In this document: piece by piece, positions 1-11,853 of the stretch | Position numbering within the stretch: position 1 is the first letter of the stretch | Layout: each line of letters opens with the position of its first letter | Assembly (NCBI GenBank): GCA_000146045.2 | Contig: BK006938.2 | Location: 224,001-288,000 of the forward strand | Reading direction: 5' to 3' | Source: TPA_inf: Saccharomyces | Lineage: Eukaryota | DNA: 64,000 nucleotides | Notes under the pieces: generated by a model | Databases searched by the model: none | What the model saw: only the letters and a program-made list of their open reading frames with translations | Told to the model about the DNA's origin: nothing | Position numbers and translations under genes: made by a program

Positions 1-303
1 AACATCTAGAAAAACTAGGGCATTAGGTAAAGTACCCCAGCAGAACTTCACTTTACAACGCAATTGATTCATATCACTGCTCTTTTATATTGTCCTTTTT
101 CTCTTTTAGAGCTTTTCATCCGCATCTTCTAACTTCTGTGCACCCCTTTCATTGTTGATTACATTTTACCTCAGTTACACATTTCTTTTAGCAATTCGAC
201 ATTGCTTCTACTTACCGATAAATAAGCGTACATTTTTGAGTCTTGAAAGGATTCTTACATATACCTAAACAAAGAATAACAACAAAATCGCAAGCAGCAA
301 AGC

Positions 304-2751
304 ATGTCTGAGACTCTGCCTAGATCTGATGATTTAGAGGCCACTTGGAACTTTATAGAGCCAGGAATTAACCAAATACTGGGTAATGAGAAAAACCAAG
401 CATCCACGTCTAAGCGAGTTTACAAAATTCTTTCTCCAACCATGTATATGGAAGTCTATACCGCAATTTATAACTACTGTGTGAACAAATCACGCTCGTC
501 TGGACATTTTAGTACTGACAGTAGAACTGGCCAATCAACAATTTTGGTTGGCAGTGAGATTTACGAAAAGTTAAAGAATTATTTGAAGAATTACATTTTA
601 AATTTTAAGCAGTCTAATTCAGAGACCTTTTTGCAGTTTTACGTCAAGCGCTGGAAAAGGTTTACAATAGGTGCCATTTTTTTAAACCATGCATTCGATT
701 ATATGAATAGATATTGGGTTCAAAAGGAAAGAAGTGACGGCAAAAGGCATATTTTTGATGTAAACACCTTGTGCTTGATGACATGGAAAGAAGTCATGTT
801 TGATCCGAGTAAAGATGTTTTAATAAACGAATTATTAGACCAGGTAACCTTGGGAAGGGAGGGGCAAATAATTCAAAGAAGTAATATTAGCACTGCCATA
901 AAGTCTTTAGTTGCACTAGGTATCGATCCACAGGATTTGAAAAAGTTGAACCTAAATGTCTACATCCAAGTTTTCGAAAAGCCATTTTTAAAGAAGACTC
1001 AGGAGTACTACACGCAATATACAAACGATTATTTAGAGAAACACTCGGTAACTGAGTATATTTTTGAAGCACATGAAATCATCAAACGTGAGGAAAAAGC
1101 AATGACAATATATTGGGATGATCATACAAAAAAACCACTATCCATGGCATTAAACAAGGTCTTGATCACAGACCATATTGAAAAGTTGGAAAATGAGTTT
1201 GTTGTCCTTCTGGATGCCAGAGATATTGAAAAAATTACTTCTTTGTACGCACTAATACGCAGAGACTTTACATTAATCCCAAGAATGGCTTCAGTGTTTG
1301 AAAATTATGTTAAAAAGACAGGTGAGAATGAAATTTCGAGTCTACTGGCAATGCATAAACACAATATTATGAAAAACGAAAACGCAAACCCTAAAAAACT
1401 AGCACTAATGACAGCTCACTCCCTTTCTCCTAAAGACTATATCAAGAAATTACTGGAAGTACACGATATATTCTCTAAGATTTTTAATGAAAGTTTCCCC
1501 GACGACATACCTTTAGCTAAAGCTCTAGATAATGCGTGTGGTGCTTTCATCAACATCAACGAGTTCGCATTACCTGCTGGATCTCCAAAAAGTGCCACCT
1601 CGAAGACTTCCGAGATGCTAGCTAAGTACAGTGATATACTATTAAAGAAGGCCACCAAACCTGAAGTGGCAAGTGACATGTCAGATGAAGATATTATAAC
1701 AATATTCAAATATTTGACCGACAAAGATGCGTTCGAAACTCATTATAGAAGACTTTTCGCCAAGCGTTTAATTCATGGCACTTCAACATCAGCAGAAGAC
1801 GAAGAAAATATTATTCAAAGGCTGCAAGCGGCAAATAGTATGGAATATACAGGCAAGATAACTAAAATGTTTCAAGATATTAGACTTTCCAAGATCTTGG
1901 AAGACGATTTTGCTGTCGCCCTGAAGAATGAACCAGATTACTCTAAAGCAAAATATCCAGATCTACAACCATTTGTATTGGCAGAAAATATGTGGCCATT
2001 TTCATACCAAGAAGTTGAATTTAAGCTACCCAAGGAATTGGTACCATCTCACGAAAAATTGAAGGAGTCATACAGCCAAAAGCATAATGGTAGAATATTG
2101 AAGTGGCTATGGCCATTATGTCGTGGCGAATTGAAGGCAGATATTGGAAAACCCGGCAGGATGCCGTTCAACTTTACGGTAACACTGTTTCAAATGGCAA
2201 TTTTGCTACTATATAACGATGCTGATGTATTAACCTTAGAAAATATTCAAGAGGGCACGAGCTTAACCATTCAGCACATCGCAGCGGCAATGGTACCATT
2301 CATCAAATTCAAACTGATTCAACAGGTCCCACCAGGGCTAGATGCTCTCGTGAAACCTGAAACACAATTCAAGCTATCACGTCCTTATAAGGCGCTTAAG
2401 ACCAATATTAATTTCGCTAGCGGAGTCAAAAACGACATTCTGCAATCGCTATCCGGTGGAGGCCACGATAATCACGGTAATAAGTTAGGAAACAAACGCT
2501 TGACGGAAGACGAAAGAATAGAAAAAGAATTGAATACAGAAAGGCAGATTTTCTTGGAAGCTTGTATTGTGAGAATAATGAAAGCGAAAAGAAATCTGCC
2601 ACATACAACATTGGTCAACGAATGCATTGCGCAATCACACCAAAGGTTCAATGCAAAGGTTTCTATGGTCAAGAGAGCCATCGATAGCTTAATACAAAAG
2701 GGATACCTACAGAGGGGAGACGATGGTGAATCGTATGCTTACCTTGCTTAA
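304..2751 (+). CDS. CDC53: Cullin scaffold of SCF ubiquitin ligase (815 aa)
   Basis: Full-length ORF with a cullin-family sequence. I recognise the N-terminus MSETLPRSDDLEATWNFIEPGINQIL and the neddylation/cullin-homology C-terminus ending IVRIMKAKRNLPHT. The length matches Cdc53. Confidence 0.95.
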   Translation: MSETLPRSDDLEATWNFIEPGINQILGNEKNQASTSKRVYKILSPTMYMEVYTAIYNYCVNKSRSSGHFSTDSRTGQSTILVGSEIYEKLKNYLKNYILNFKQSNSETFLQFYVKRWKRFTIGAIFLNHAFDYMNRYWVQKERSDGKRHIFDVNTLCLMTWKEVMFDPSKDVLINELLDQVTLGREGQIIQRSNISTAIKSLVALGIDPQDLKKLNLNVYIQVFEKPFLKKTQEYYTQYTNDYLEKHSVTEYIFEAHEIIKREEKAMTIYWDDHTKKPLSMALNKVLITDHIEKLENEFVVLLDARDIEKITSLYALIRRDFTLIPRMASVFENYVKKTGENEISSLLAMHKHNIMKNENANPKKLALMTAHSLSPKDYIKKLLEVHDIFSKIFNESFPDDIPLAKALDNACGAFININEFALPAGSPKSATSKTSEMLAKYSDILLKKATKPEVASDMSDEDIITIFKYLTDKDAFETHYRRLFAKRLIHGTSTSAEDEENIIQRLQAANSMEYTGKITKMFQDIRLSKILEDDFAVALKNEPDYSKAKYPDLQPFVLAENMWPFSYQEVEFKLPKELVPSHEKLKESYSQKHNGRILKWLWPLCRGELKADIGKPGRMPFNFTVTLFQMAILLLYNDADVLTLENIQEGTSLTIQHIAAAMVPFIKFKLIQQVPPGLDALVKPETQFKLSRPYKALKTNINFASGVKNDILQSLSGGGHDNHGNKLGNKRLTEDERIEKELNTERQIFLEACIVRIMKAKRNLPHTTLVNECIAQSHQRFNAKVSMVKRAIDSLIQKGYLQRGDDGESYAYLA

Positions 2752-2810
2752 TCATCTTTGAAGGCTTGTGCTGATCGAACGAAGCAAATCCTACGAGTAA
2801 ATACATAAGC

Positions 2811-2812
2811 GT

Positions 2813-2864
<52 letters not shown>

Positions 2865-2876
2865 GTGTGTGTGTGT
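2811..2876. repeat. Compound microsatellite (AT)n followed by (GT)n in the CDC53 3' flank
   Basis: Direct reading: about 17 AT units, then gtatatatatatat, then six GT units. Confidence 0.95.
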
Positions 2877-3062
2877 AATTGTGTGTATTCAACTGAACTA
2901 TGAAGAGTCTTTGACCTCTTGAGAATCTCATAGTATGAAGATATGGCACTTCTCTTTCCGTTGTAACATCCTTTACCGGGCGGCTTTTCGGCCTGCTTGA
3001 GAAGAGATCAGGCTGAAATGATGAGACTGACAACAAGGATCAGTCAGTGGCAGAGTTGAAAT

Positions 3063-3071
3063 TCCGCTGGA
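3063..3071. promoter_or_regulatory. TCCGCTGGA, matching the Lys14 activator consensus TCCRNYGGA, about 325 bp upstream of LYS21
   Basis: Exact match to TCCRNYGGA, sitting inside a longer inverted repeat ATTCCGCTGGAAT. Lysine-pathway genes are known Lys14 targets. Confidence 0.5.
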
Positions 3072-3392
3072 AATCGTCACCAGCAGCTACCAGCTCCAAG
3101 AAATCCGCGTAGAAATCACGTCGCGCAATGTGCGATAGTGGTGGAACAGCGAAAATTAGTCACTTTGCAAAGATGCCAAGCTGATCGTTCTCGTTGTGTG
3201 TGATTCTACGATATTGCGCATGAGTGGTGTTGAGCATGCGTTTGTTCGCATTTTCATGCAGTCTCTTATATACTAATATATATATGCAACAGATTTCAAA
3301 ATTTATCTTTCTTCTTGTTGCGTTTAGGCCTTTATTTGCTACACATTTAAAAGTGCAACGACAACCCAAGTAATTGTATACTTTAACAAACC

Positions 3393-4715
3393 ATGTCTGA
3401 AAATAACGAATTCCAGAGTGTCACCGAATCGACGACTGCTCCAACCACTAGTAACCCATATGGCCCAAATCCTGCGGATTATCTATCCAATGTTAAGAAT
3501 TTCCAGTTGATTGATTCAACACTAAGAGAGGGTGAACAATTTGCCAACGCATTCTTCGATACTGAAAAAAAGATTGAAATTGCTAGAGCCTTGGATGATT
3601 TCGGTGTGGACTACATCGAGTTAACCTCTCCCGTAGCATCCGAACAATCAAGAAAGGACTGTGAAGCTATATGTAAACTAGGTTTAAAGGCCAAGATCCT
3701 TACACACATTCGTTGTCACATGGACGATGCCAGAGTCGCCGTAGAGACTGGTGTCGACGGTGTCGATGTTGTTATCGGCACCTCCAAATTTTTAAGACAA
3801 TATTCCCACGGTAAGGATATGAACTACATCGCCAAGAGTGCTGTTGAAGTCATTGAATTTGTCAAATCCAAAGGTATTGAAATCAGATTTTCCTCTGAAG
3901 ATTCCTTCAGAAGTGATCTCGTTGATCTTTTGAACATTTATAAAACCGTTGACAAGATCGGTGTAAATAGAGTCGGTATTGCCGACACAGTTGGATGTGC
4001 CAACCCAAGACAAGTATATGAACTGATCAGAACTTTGAAGAGTGTTGTCTCATGTGACATCGAATGCCATTTCCACAATGATACCGGTTGTGCCATTGCA
4101 AACGCCTACACTGCTTTGGAAGGTGGTGCCAGATTGATTGACGTCAGTGTACTGGGTATTGGTGAAAGAAACGGTATCACTCCTCTAGGTGGGCTCATGG
4201 CAAGAATGATTGTTGCCGCACCAGACTATGTCAGATCTAAATACAAGCTGCACAAGATCAGAGACATCGAAAACCTGGTCGCTGATGCTGTGGAAGTTAA
4301 CATTCCATTCAACAACCCTATCACCGGGTTCTGTGCATTCACACATAAAGCAGGTATCCATGCCAAGGCCATTTTGGCTAACCCATCTACCTACGAAATC
4401 TTGGACCCTCACGATTTCGGTATGAAGAGATATATCCACTTCGCCAACAGACTAACTGGTTGGAATGCAATCAAATCAAGAGTCGACCAATTGAACTTGA
4501 ATTTGACGGATGATCAAATCAAGGAAGTTACTGCTAAGATTAAGAAGCTGGGTGATGTCAGACCGCTAAATATTGATGATGTAGACTCCATTATCAAGGA
4601 CTTCCATGCAGAATTGAGCACCCCACTTTTAAAACCAGTAAATAAGGGTACAGATGACGACAATATCGATATTTCCAATGGGCATGTTTCTAAAAAGGCA
4701 AAGGTCACCAAATAG
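3393..4715 (+). CDS. LYS21: Homocitrate synthase (440 aa)
   Basis: HMGL-like / isopropylmalate-homocitrate synthase fold, with the motif [11 protein letters not shown]. Length and N-terminus match the Lys21 isozyme. Confidence 0.93.
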   Translation: MSENNEFQSVTESTTAPTTSNPYGPNPADYLSNVKNFQLIDSTLREGEQFANAFFDTEKKIEIARALDDFGVDYIELTSPVASEQSRKDCEAICKLGLKAKILTHIRCHMDDARVAVETGVDGVDVVIGTSKFLRQYSHGKDMNYIAKSAVEVIEFVKSKGIEIRFSSEDSFRSDLVDLLNIYKTVDKIGVNRVGIADTVGCANPRQVYELIRTLKSVVSCDIECHFHNDTGCAIANAYTALEGGARLIDVSVLGIGERNGITPLGGLMARMIVAAPDYVRSKYKLHKIRDIENLVADAVEVNIPFNNPITGFCAFTHKAGIHAKAILANPSTYEILDPHDFGMKRYIHFANRLTGWNAIKSRVDQLNLNLTDDQIKEVTAKIKKLGDVRPLNIDDVDSIIKDFHAELSTPLLKPVNKGTDDDNIDISNGHVSKKAKVTK

Positions 4716-5170
4716 TTTCATTATATATATAGTACACATATTTCAAACATACACATACTGGGCGTTATTAGGTGTTTAAGTACTGGCGATTACCGTAATA
4801 AAATTACTATTTACGTCAACTTTATTCAATAAGCTTTTTCTCCTACTCCGATGTTCAATTGAGGCGGTTGCATCTAGCTTGAAGACGGGGTATTTTAATC
4901 AATTAATTGAGATCAATGAATATTGACTCTGTGCGATTCCCCACGCTATTATACTCTCACGGAGTATTTCCGTTATGATAATGATCACTATATACGTCAA
5001 ATGATCGGTTTCTATTTGCTAACTATTTCAAGCATCATTATTATCTTTTAGGGGGCGGCTGGGGAATTATTTATTATATTTAGTTCAGTCGTTCATAAGA
5101 AAATTGAGCTCTCCATTGTAGATATTAAGAAGCACTTTCACCCAGTCATCCAACCAAACACGCTATCAAT

Positions 5171-5431
5171 ATGTTAAACCGTTGCATTTCCCGTAATACC
5201 AGGCTGCCAGTAAACCTAAGAATTGCCTCTCGCTTTTATTCAGATGGTCCTCTCGGTGGTGCCGGACCTGGTAATCCTCAAGATATCTTTATCAAGAGAG
5301 AACGTGCCAAAGAGGATTATTATGCCAGACAACAAGAGAGGGAACAATTAGCACATGTGAAGGAACAACTAAAAGAACACAAGAAAAAATTAGAGAATTT
5401 AGAAAACAAAATTAATAACCTTTCAAAGTGA
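5171..5431 (+). CDS. STF1: Mitochondrial F1F0-ATPase stabilizing factor (86 aa)
   Basis: Small basic ORF with a mitochondrial presequence and the Inh1/Stf1-family coiled-coil tail ...EHKKKLENLENKINNLSK. Confidence 0.8.
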   Translation: MLNRCISRNTRLPVNLRIASRFYSDGPLGGAGPGNPQDIFIKRERAKEDYYARQQEREQLAHVKEQLKEHKKKLENLENKINNLSK

Positions 5432-5630
5432 TTGGTCATTGTTAAGGCTAAAGGTTCTGCAGACACGTTTTGTACGTAGAAAGAAGCAATCATGCCAAAT
5501 CAAAATTAGGAAATGAACATCAGTGGTATTTTATAAGCCTGCACATTATATATAGTATATACGTCACGAATACAGGAACACCGTCAGTTAGAGAAACGTC
5601 GCCTCAGTTTGCTCCTCAGATATTCCTTTA

Positions 5631-5666
5631 AACCCATACATATCTTACACAAAACATCCGTACATC
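5631..5666 (+). promoter_or_regulatory. Two tandem Rap1-type sites (AACCCATACATATC and ACATCCGTACATC) about 240-275 bp upstream of RPP1B
   Basis: Matches ACACCCRYACAYM with 0-1 mismatches, in the paired arrangement typical of ribosomal-protein gene promoters. Confidence 0.6.
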
Positions 5667-5905
5667 AGAAGGATTATATGAAACGCAAAAAAAAATAAAA
5701 TTTTCATTTCTGCGTGTCGCGCGAAGGAGAAATCTTAGAATTGAAACTTCCGGCTAACGGTTGCTAAAACTAGTTTCCAATGTAATACCAAATAAGCATT
5801 TGATGTTGAATCTGTAAGCCCCTTCGTGATATTTCAAGGTTAAATTACGAATTGCAGTTTCAGTTAATCTTGGACTAACAAAGAAATCAAACAACTAAGA
5901 AGAAA

Positions 5906-6527
5906 ATGTCTGACTCTATTATTTCCTTTGCTGCTTTCATCCTAGCTGATGCTGGTTTGGAAATCACCTCTGACAACTTATTGACTATCACCAAGGCCGC
6001 TGGTGCTAATGTCGACAACGTATGTACAAAAATGCAACCTAAAACGACTTTGTGTGACTACGAAGAGAAAGATTAGACAACAATCGTCCCGAGAAATGCG
6101 CAATTTTGAATAATGGGGGACAGAAAAATTCCATGTAACGTTTCCCTCTAACATGATGAGATACTAGGGGGCAATACATGTAGAAATATTTCTCCATTAA
6201 CGTATTTAACGGAAAGCACAAGTCAGGATCGAATTACTTCTTCAAGGATCTCATTTTACTAACAAACTCAACGAATAACGACTCTTCCTATGGAGCTTGT
6301 TATATGTATCATTGAATTAGGTCTGGGCTGATGTTTACGCTAAGGCTTTGGAAGGTAAGGACTTGAAGGAAATCCTATCTGGTTTCCATAACGCTGGCCC
6401 TGTTGCTGGTGCTGGTGCTGCTTCTGGCGCTGCCGCTGCTGGTGGTGACGCTGCTGCTGAAGAAGAAAAAGAAGAAGAAGCTGCTGAAGAATCTGACGAC
6501 GACATGGGTTTCGGTTTATTCGACTAA
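5906..6527 (+). CDS. RPP1B: Acidic ribosomal stalk protein P1-beta (106 aa). Exon 1 is 5906..6019 and exon 2 is 6321..6527.
   Basis: Exon 1 encodes [38 protein letters not shown]. Exon 2 encodes [12 protein letters not shown]...[13 protein letters not shown], the conserved P-protein tail. The intron has GTATGT at 6020, TACTAAC at 6257-6263 and AG at 6319-6320. The join gives 106 aa. Confidence 0.9.
6020..6320 (+). other. RPP1B: Spliceosomal intron of RPP1B (301 nt)
   Basis: GTATGT ... TACTAAC ... TTAG. The exon 2 frame gives VWADVY immediately after the AG. Confidence 0.88.
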
Positions 6528-7023
6528 ACATACAAGGAAAGTCATTTTTTCTGCAACGTTTTTTTACCCTTTATGTATATATATTTACATATAAAATAAA
6601 CCTCTAATCAATCAGTATTTAAAAATCGGAAGTAATGTCCATACGAAAGGGCTACGAGAATTTAACCATCTCGTTCTTTGCTAGAAATGGCACTGCGGGA
6701 TAGCCCCTGGTTGCGGGATATCAGACCTGTCGTCACCATAGCAACCAAAAATTACATAAACCCATGGTTGCTCGCCCTTTGATGGCGACGCCGACCGAAG
6801 CTTCTCCCGCGCACATTTTTAAAATTTTTACTCATCGGGAATGAAAGGTTCTTTGACACATGTAAAGCTCCCTAAGTTGGACATACGTCGGTCCTTACAG
6901 GCTTAGCAATACACCTATAAGGCACTAGAAACGTATAAAATTTGAGCACTTTAGTTTCTCATCCCTTTTGATACGAAACGCGGGCAAGGCTACGGCATAC
7001 AGGAATTTAACATTTTGTTGGCT

Positions 7024-7899
7024 ATGGAGCTAAGAAGTAGACGGAGCGCAGAGGCCTATCTTGTCACGCCTGAGGAACCTGCCAAGAATAAGAGTGAACG
7101 GAGCATAGAATCCAATGAGAGGGTCGGCACGAGGGAAGCAAAGAGCGAGAACACAAGTGTATTTAGTCCCGCTTACTCTGATACCGCTACTACAGATTCA
7201 TCGAAGAAAGTTGATGACAATGAATACTACAATTTTACTAGTCACTTCATGCCATCTTTGAAAAACACCAGAGAACTAGAAAACACAATTCTCAATCTCA
7301 TACAGAGGATAAAGGAAGGGGATGATGAAACGTTAGTTAGTGAGAAAGATCTCATATTAAGTGTGCTTAACAGGTCTTTAGCATCCACATCTCACTGGAA
7401 GTTACAGGCCCAGCTATCGGAGTTAAGGGCCACCTCAGAGGGAAGGTATGCAGTTGAGACAAACTTGTTGAAAAAAGAGGTAGAATTTTTAAAAAACAAG
7501 ACCCCAAAAACCAACGAAAGTGCAAGTTCCGCAGAGTTGAGACCACTTCTTGAACGACCTTTAAAGCGTAAACTGTCATTGCCAGGACTAGCGCAAAGAC
7601 CATTATCCACTGGCGCTAGGCTAGAAGGAGGATATGGAGGTGTATCGCCGAACTCATGGAAAACCAAAGTTCCAAAACTTCCTCTTCCTGCTTCCCGGCC
7701 GTCTTTGAATCTTTCTCCCCAAAAAGTCCCAACGGGTACTGATAAAGTTGAGGAAGATACCAAAATTGACACATTGGAATTAGTAGAGAACAATAAACCG
7801 CATCCAAGGATGAGAAGAAGGAGTGACAATCCAGCAACAAACGAATATGTGAGAGTTTTTCATTTGGAGAAAAAAGAACCTAAATCACGAAAAAAATAG
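7024..7899 (+). CDS. YDL129W: Protein of unknown function, serine-rich and basic (291 aa)
   Basis: The ORF track starts at a TTG at 7015. The first ATG is at 7024 (MELRSRRSAEAYL...). There are no recognisable domains. Position between RPP1B and VCX1 matches YDL129W. Confidence 0.75.
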   Translation: MELRSRRSAEAYLVTPEEPAKNKSERSIESNERVGTREAKSENTSVFSPAYSDTATTDSSKKVDDNEYYNFTSHFMPSLKNTRELENTILNLIQRIKEGDDETLVSEKDLILSVLNRSLASTSHWKLQAQLSELRATSEGRYAVETNLLKKEVEFLKNKTPKTNESASSAELRPLLERPLKRKLSLPGLAQRPLSTGARLEGGYGGVSPNSWKTKVPKLPLPASRPSLNLSPQKVPTGTDKVEEDTKIDTLELVENNKPHPRMRRRSDNPATNEYVRVFHLEKKEPKSRKK

Positions 7900-8651
7900 T
7901 ATGCTAGAAAAAAATATTATTGAACGTCAATAATTTTTCTTTCTCATGGGACCAAACACATCATTTATTCTCTAATAATATTCTATTCTCTTTATTTCTG
8001 GTTTACTCTTTTAAAATTCTCCAAAGAGAAATATCTCCTTCAATTCTTCAGTTACGAATTTATGTTTACTTTTAACCTCTATCATACACCTTTAATCTAA
8101 TGCCTCCAACTGTCTGTAATTTTAGTACAACTTAAAAGGGAAATTTTCCGAAAGTGTGAAAAAATTGGATTTTTTTTTCTCCTATTGAACTCAATGGAAG
8201 CTATCAGTTTGGAGAGGGACAATTATTTTCCTTCTTGTTTTTTGCCAAGAGAACAATATTGTAGTATTTAAGTTCTAATTTAATGTTATATATACTTATC
8301 TAATAGTTTTTTTTTTTCAATTAGATTGTTTTCCTTACGACGTTAATCCCTTGTCATCCTCACTTACGAACTTCGATGAATATGACATACGTAATCGGGA
8401 ATGTTTTGTAAACTAATTGACGTAGTTCCTTTTTCGTAAACTGGACTGGACGGCTTGATCAAAATTCCCGAAAAATAAAAATTTCCCTCACGAGAATATG
8501 GAAATTACTATCGCCCAGCATTATTTTATCTCCTCAGAGAGTAAAAGAAGTTTCCTCTTTCCTAAACTTAAAAAGCAGTCCTAAATATATAGTTGACTTC
8601 GACGCATATCATTCATCGGCTGCTGATAGCAAATAAAACAACATAGATACA

Positions 8652-9887
8652 ATGGATGCAACTACCCCACTATTAACTGTTGCGAACAGTCATCCCGCCC
8701 GCAATCCAAAGCACACTGCATGGAGAGCAGCTGTGTATGATTTACAGTATATTTTGAAAGCGTCACCCCTGAATTTCCTATTGGTATTTGTTCCTTTAGG
8801 TCTGATTTGGGGACACTTCCAACTATCTCATACACTGACATTTCTTTTTAATTTCTTGGCAATTATACCGTTGGCAGCTATCTTGGCTAATGCCACGGAA
8901 GAGTTGGCTGATAAGGCTGGTAACACCATTGGGGGACTGCTAAATGCTACTTTTGGTAACGCTGTGGAACTAATTGTTTCTATCATTGCCCTGAAAAAAG
9001 GTCAAGTGAGAATTGTGCAGGCCTCGATGCTAGGTAGTCTTCTTTCTAATTTGCTGTTAGTGCTTGGATTATGCTTCATATTCGGTGGATACAATAGAGT
9101 CCAACAGACATTCAACCAAACCGCCGCTCAAACAATGTCCTCATTACTTGCCATTGCGTGTGCATCCCTACTGATTCCCGCTGCCTTTAGAGCCACCCTA
9201 CCTCATGGCAAGGAAGACCACTTCATCGATGGAAAAATATTGGAGTTATCCAGAGGCACCTCTATTGTTATTCTCATCGTTTACGTTTTGTTCTTATATT
9301 TCCAGCTAGGGAGCCATCACGCCTTGTTTGAGCAACAAGAAGAAGAGACCGATGAAGTTATGAGCACCATTTCCAGGAATCCACATCACTCTTTGAGTGT
9401 CAAGTCATCATTGGTGATACTTCTAGGTACAACTGTGATCATCTCTTTTTGTGCGGATTTTCTAGTCGGTACGATAGACAACGTTGTTGAATCTACCGGG
9501 CTATCTAAAACATTTATAGGTTTGATTGTCATTCCTATTGTGGGTAATGCCGCAGAGCATGTCACTTCAGTCTTGGTGGCCATGAAGGATAAGATGGATC
9601 TGGCGCTAGGTGTTGCCATCGGTTCCTCTTTACAAGTTGCCTTATTTGTTACACCATTCATGGTTCTTGTGGGCTGGATGATCGATGTTCCAATGACGCT
9701 AAATTTCTCCACTTTTGAAACCGCTACTCTTTTTATTGCTGTTTTCTTATCCAATTACTTAATTCTCGATGGTGAGTCAAACTGGTTGGAGGGTGTCATG
9801 TCTCTAGCTATGTATATTTTGATTGCAATGGCATTTTTCTATTATCCAGACGAAAAAACCCTTGACTCTATTGGAAATAGTTTATGA
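8652..9887 (+). CDS. VCX1: Vacuolar H+/Ca2+ exchanger of the CaCA family (411 aa)
   Basis: Multi-pass membrane protein with the two alpha-repeat motifs [13 protein letters not shown] and [13 protein letters not shown], separated by an acidic loop. Confidence 0.93.
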
Positions 9888-10349
9888 GTAAGAACAGTAG
9901 CGCAGAAATTCACCATTCTCTTTTTTTTTATATTTTATCTTCTTCGTAATTCTATCGATGGACCAATACAAAGATGATTATGACTAGCAAGTCATTATTA
10001 TGATCGTTATATTATACATATTATGTTTACGCAACTAATTTTTATATCGAATTTTATCTGAAAAAAAGTTTTCAAAACCAACAAAATATTTTGTACACTC
10101 TTCGAAACTCAAATTCTGCACCATTTCCATTCTGATAAAAGGTTTAATATTTCGAAGCTTCTCAACTACAGCTCGTGTTCTTCTTGCAGCACATCAGCTG
10201 CTTTGCTGCACTGTTCAGGGTAACGTTATTCATTACAACGAGAATATTTAGGAATTTTGCTCAAATTCATGGAGCTTCCTACATCATTGCACAACAGAAT
10301 TTCGTTTTGTAGTATAGTTTATTAGAAACAAATGTGAATAGATCATGAG

Positions 10350-10563
10350 ACGCGAAGCCCTATTTTAGCGGATTTTAGCCTTACATTTCTGAGTGAGAAT
10401 GCCAGCTGAAACACATTCTTGTTACATCTGTCACGGCATTCCAGCTGTAAAAAACCAGCAGATATCGCATAAAAAAATGGCCAGCTATAGAATAAAATTA
10501 GCCCAGCTATATTTTTATAGCGTCTTTTGATGACGCGAAAAGTAGACTTCGCGTAACACGAAA
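10350..10563. promoter_or_regulatory. Cluster of SCB/MCB-like elements (CRCGAAA / ACGCG) 360-580 bp upstream of PCL2
   Basis: ACGCGAA at 10350-10356, CGCGAAA at 10534-10540, TTCGCGT at 10548-10554 (opposite strand) and CACGAAA at 10557-10563. PCL2 is a G1 cyclin known to be SBF-regulated. Confidence 0.6.
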
Positions 10564-10926
10564 AATGCTGGTGCAGGTGGATTTTTTTGGCAGATACTAC
10601 GGTCAATTCTCCGCTCGAAGATTTTTATAGGCCTGGCTAGTTACCTATTTAGTGCAAATTGGGAAGAGATCTATTGTTCCCGCAGACACGCTAAGTGGTA
10701 GCTGTAACTTCGGAGACGTGTGAGACCTTCCTCAAACATGTTACAGGTTGATCGATTTACACATCTAATGCAAGTTTAAGTGCTTCTTAAGTGTTTTTTT
10801 CTTTAGTCTTATAAGTTCTCCTTTCTTTCACTTTATAATTCTCCTTTATAAAAGTAAGACCCGGTGCTAAACAACCTGATCCGACAAGAGCAATTTCAAT
10901 ACGGCAGCAACTTTTTACTACAAAAG

Positions 10927-11853
10927 ATGTCAAACTACGAAGCCTTGCTGAAATTCAATAGGAAGGCTGTATCTAAGGAAATGGTGCAATATCTAGCATC
11001 GACCACAGCTTCCATTATCAAAATTAAGAAGACGAATAGTATGATAGATATTGCATTGCCAGCACCACCGTTGACTAAATTCATCAACAGACTGATCAAG
11101 CATTCTAACGTTCAAACTCCGACTCTGATGGCTACCTCTGTATATTTGGCCAAATTAAGATCAATAATACCGAGTAACGTTTATGGTATAGAGACCACCA
11201 GGCATAGAATATTCTTAGGTTGCCTAATATTAGCTGCAAAAACGTTAAATGATTCCTCCCCTCTTAACAAACACTGGGCCGAATATACGGACGGCCTTCT
11301 CATCCTAAGGGAGGTTAATACTATTGAAAGGGAACTATTAGAATATTTTGATTGGGACGTCACCATTTCCACAGATGATTTAATTACATGTCTCTCGCCA
11401 TTCTTGAAGCCTATCAAAGAGGAGCAGTTGTACAAATCGCAAAGAGACTGTCGCACGTTGAAAAATTTTTCTGCTCAAGAAAAAGACATAGTAAACAAAA
11501 CATCCATTTCCCATTCGCGCTCATCGTCCAATATGTCTATCCCATCTTTAGCTTCCACTTCGACCCTCTCCACGTTGGAATCTAGAAGATCGAATTTATC
11601 CAATTATAGTAACAGAATACGAACTTTGCCCGAACTACACGAATCCAATAACATTAGCGACAAGTTTTCTCCGCGAACATACAACATAGACTCCAAACAC
11701 GATAACAAGGAAAATAGGCCAATACCGACAATTAAGCCTTTTAATTTTAGTAAAGCGCGCCCTGTGATCTTGAAAACTGGGTTAAACAAACAGATAATAA
11801 AAGAAGATACAAAAGTAAAGAAATCGAATTGGTCAAATTACTTCAAATCGTGA
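10927..11853 (+). CDS. PCL2: Pho85 cyclin of the G1 Pcl1,2 subfamily (308 aa)
   Basis: Cyclin box (…IFLGCLILAAKTLNDSS…). The track ORF starts at a GTG at 10864. The first ATG, at 10927 (MSNYEALLKF), gives 308 aa. Confidence 0.88.
   Translation: MSNYEALLKFNRKAVSKEMVQYLASTTASIIKIKKTNSMIDIALPAPPLTKFINRLIKHSNVQTPTLMATSVYLAKLRSIIPSNVYGIETTRHRIFLGCLILAAKTLNDSSPLNKHWAEYTDGLLILREVNTIERELLEYFDWDVTISTDDLITCLSPFLKPIKEEQLYKSQRDCRTLKNFSAQEKDIVNKTSISHSRSSSNMSIPSLASTSTLSTLESRRSNLSNYSNRIRTLPELHESNNISDKFSPRTYNIDSKHDNKENRPIPTIKPFNFSKARPVILKTGLNKQIIKEDTKVKKSNWSNYFKS

Noticed and set aside
5050-5066. AGGGGGCGGCTGGGG (STRE-like AGGGG) upstream of STF1
   Set aside because: It is a single short motif, and chance occurrence is likely. 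I have no basis to assert stress regulation.
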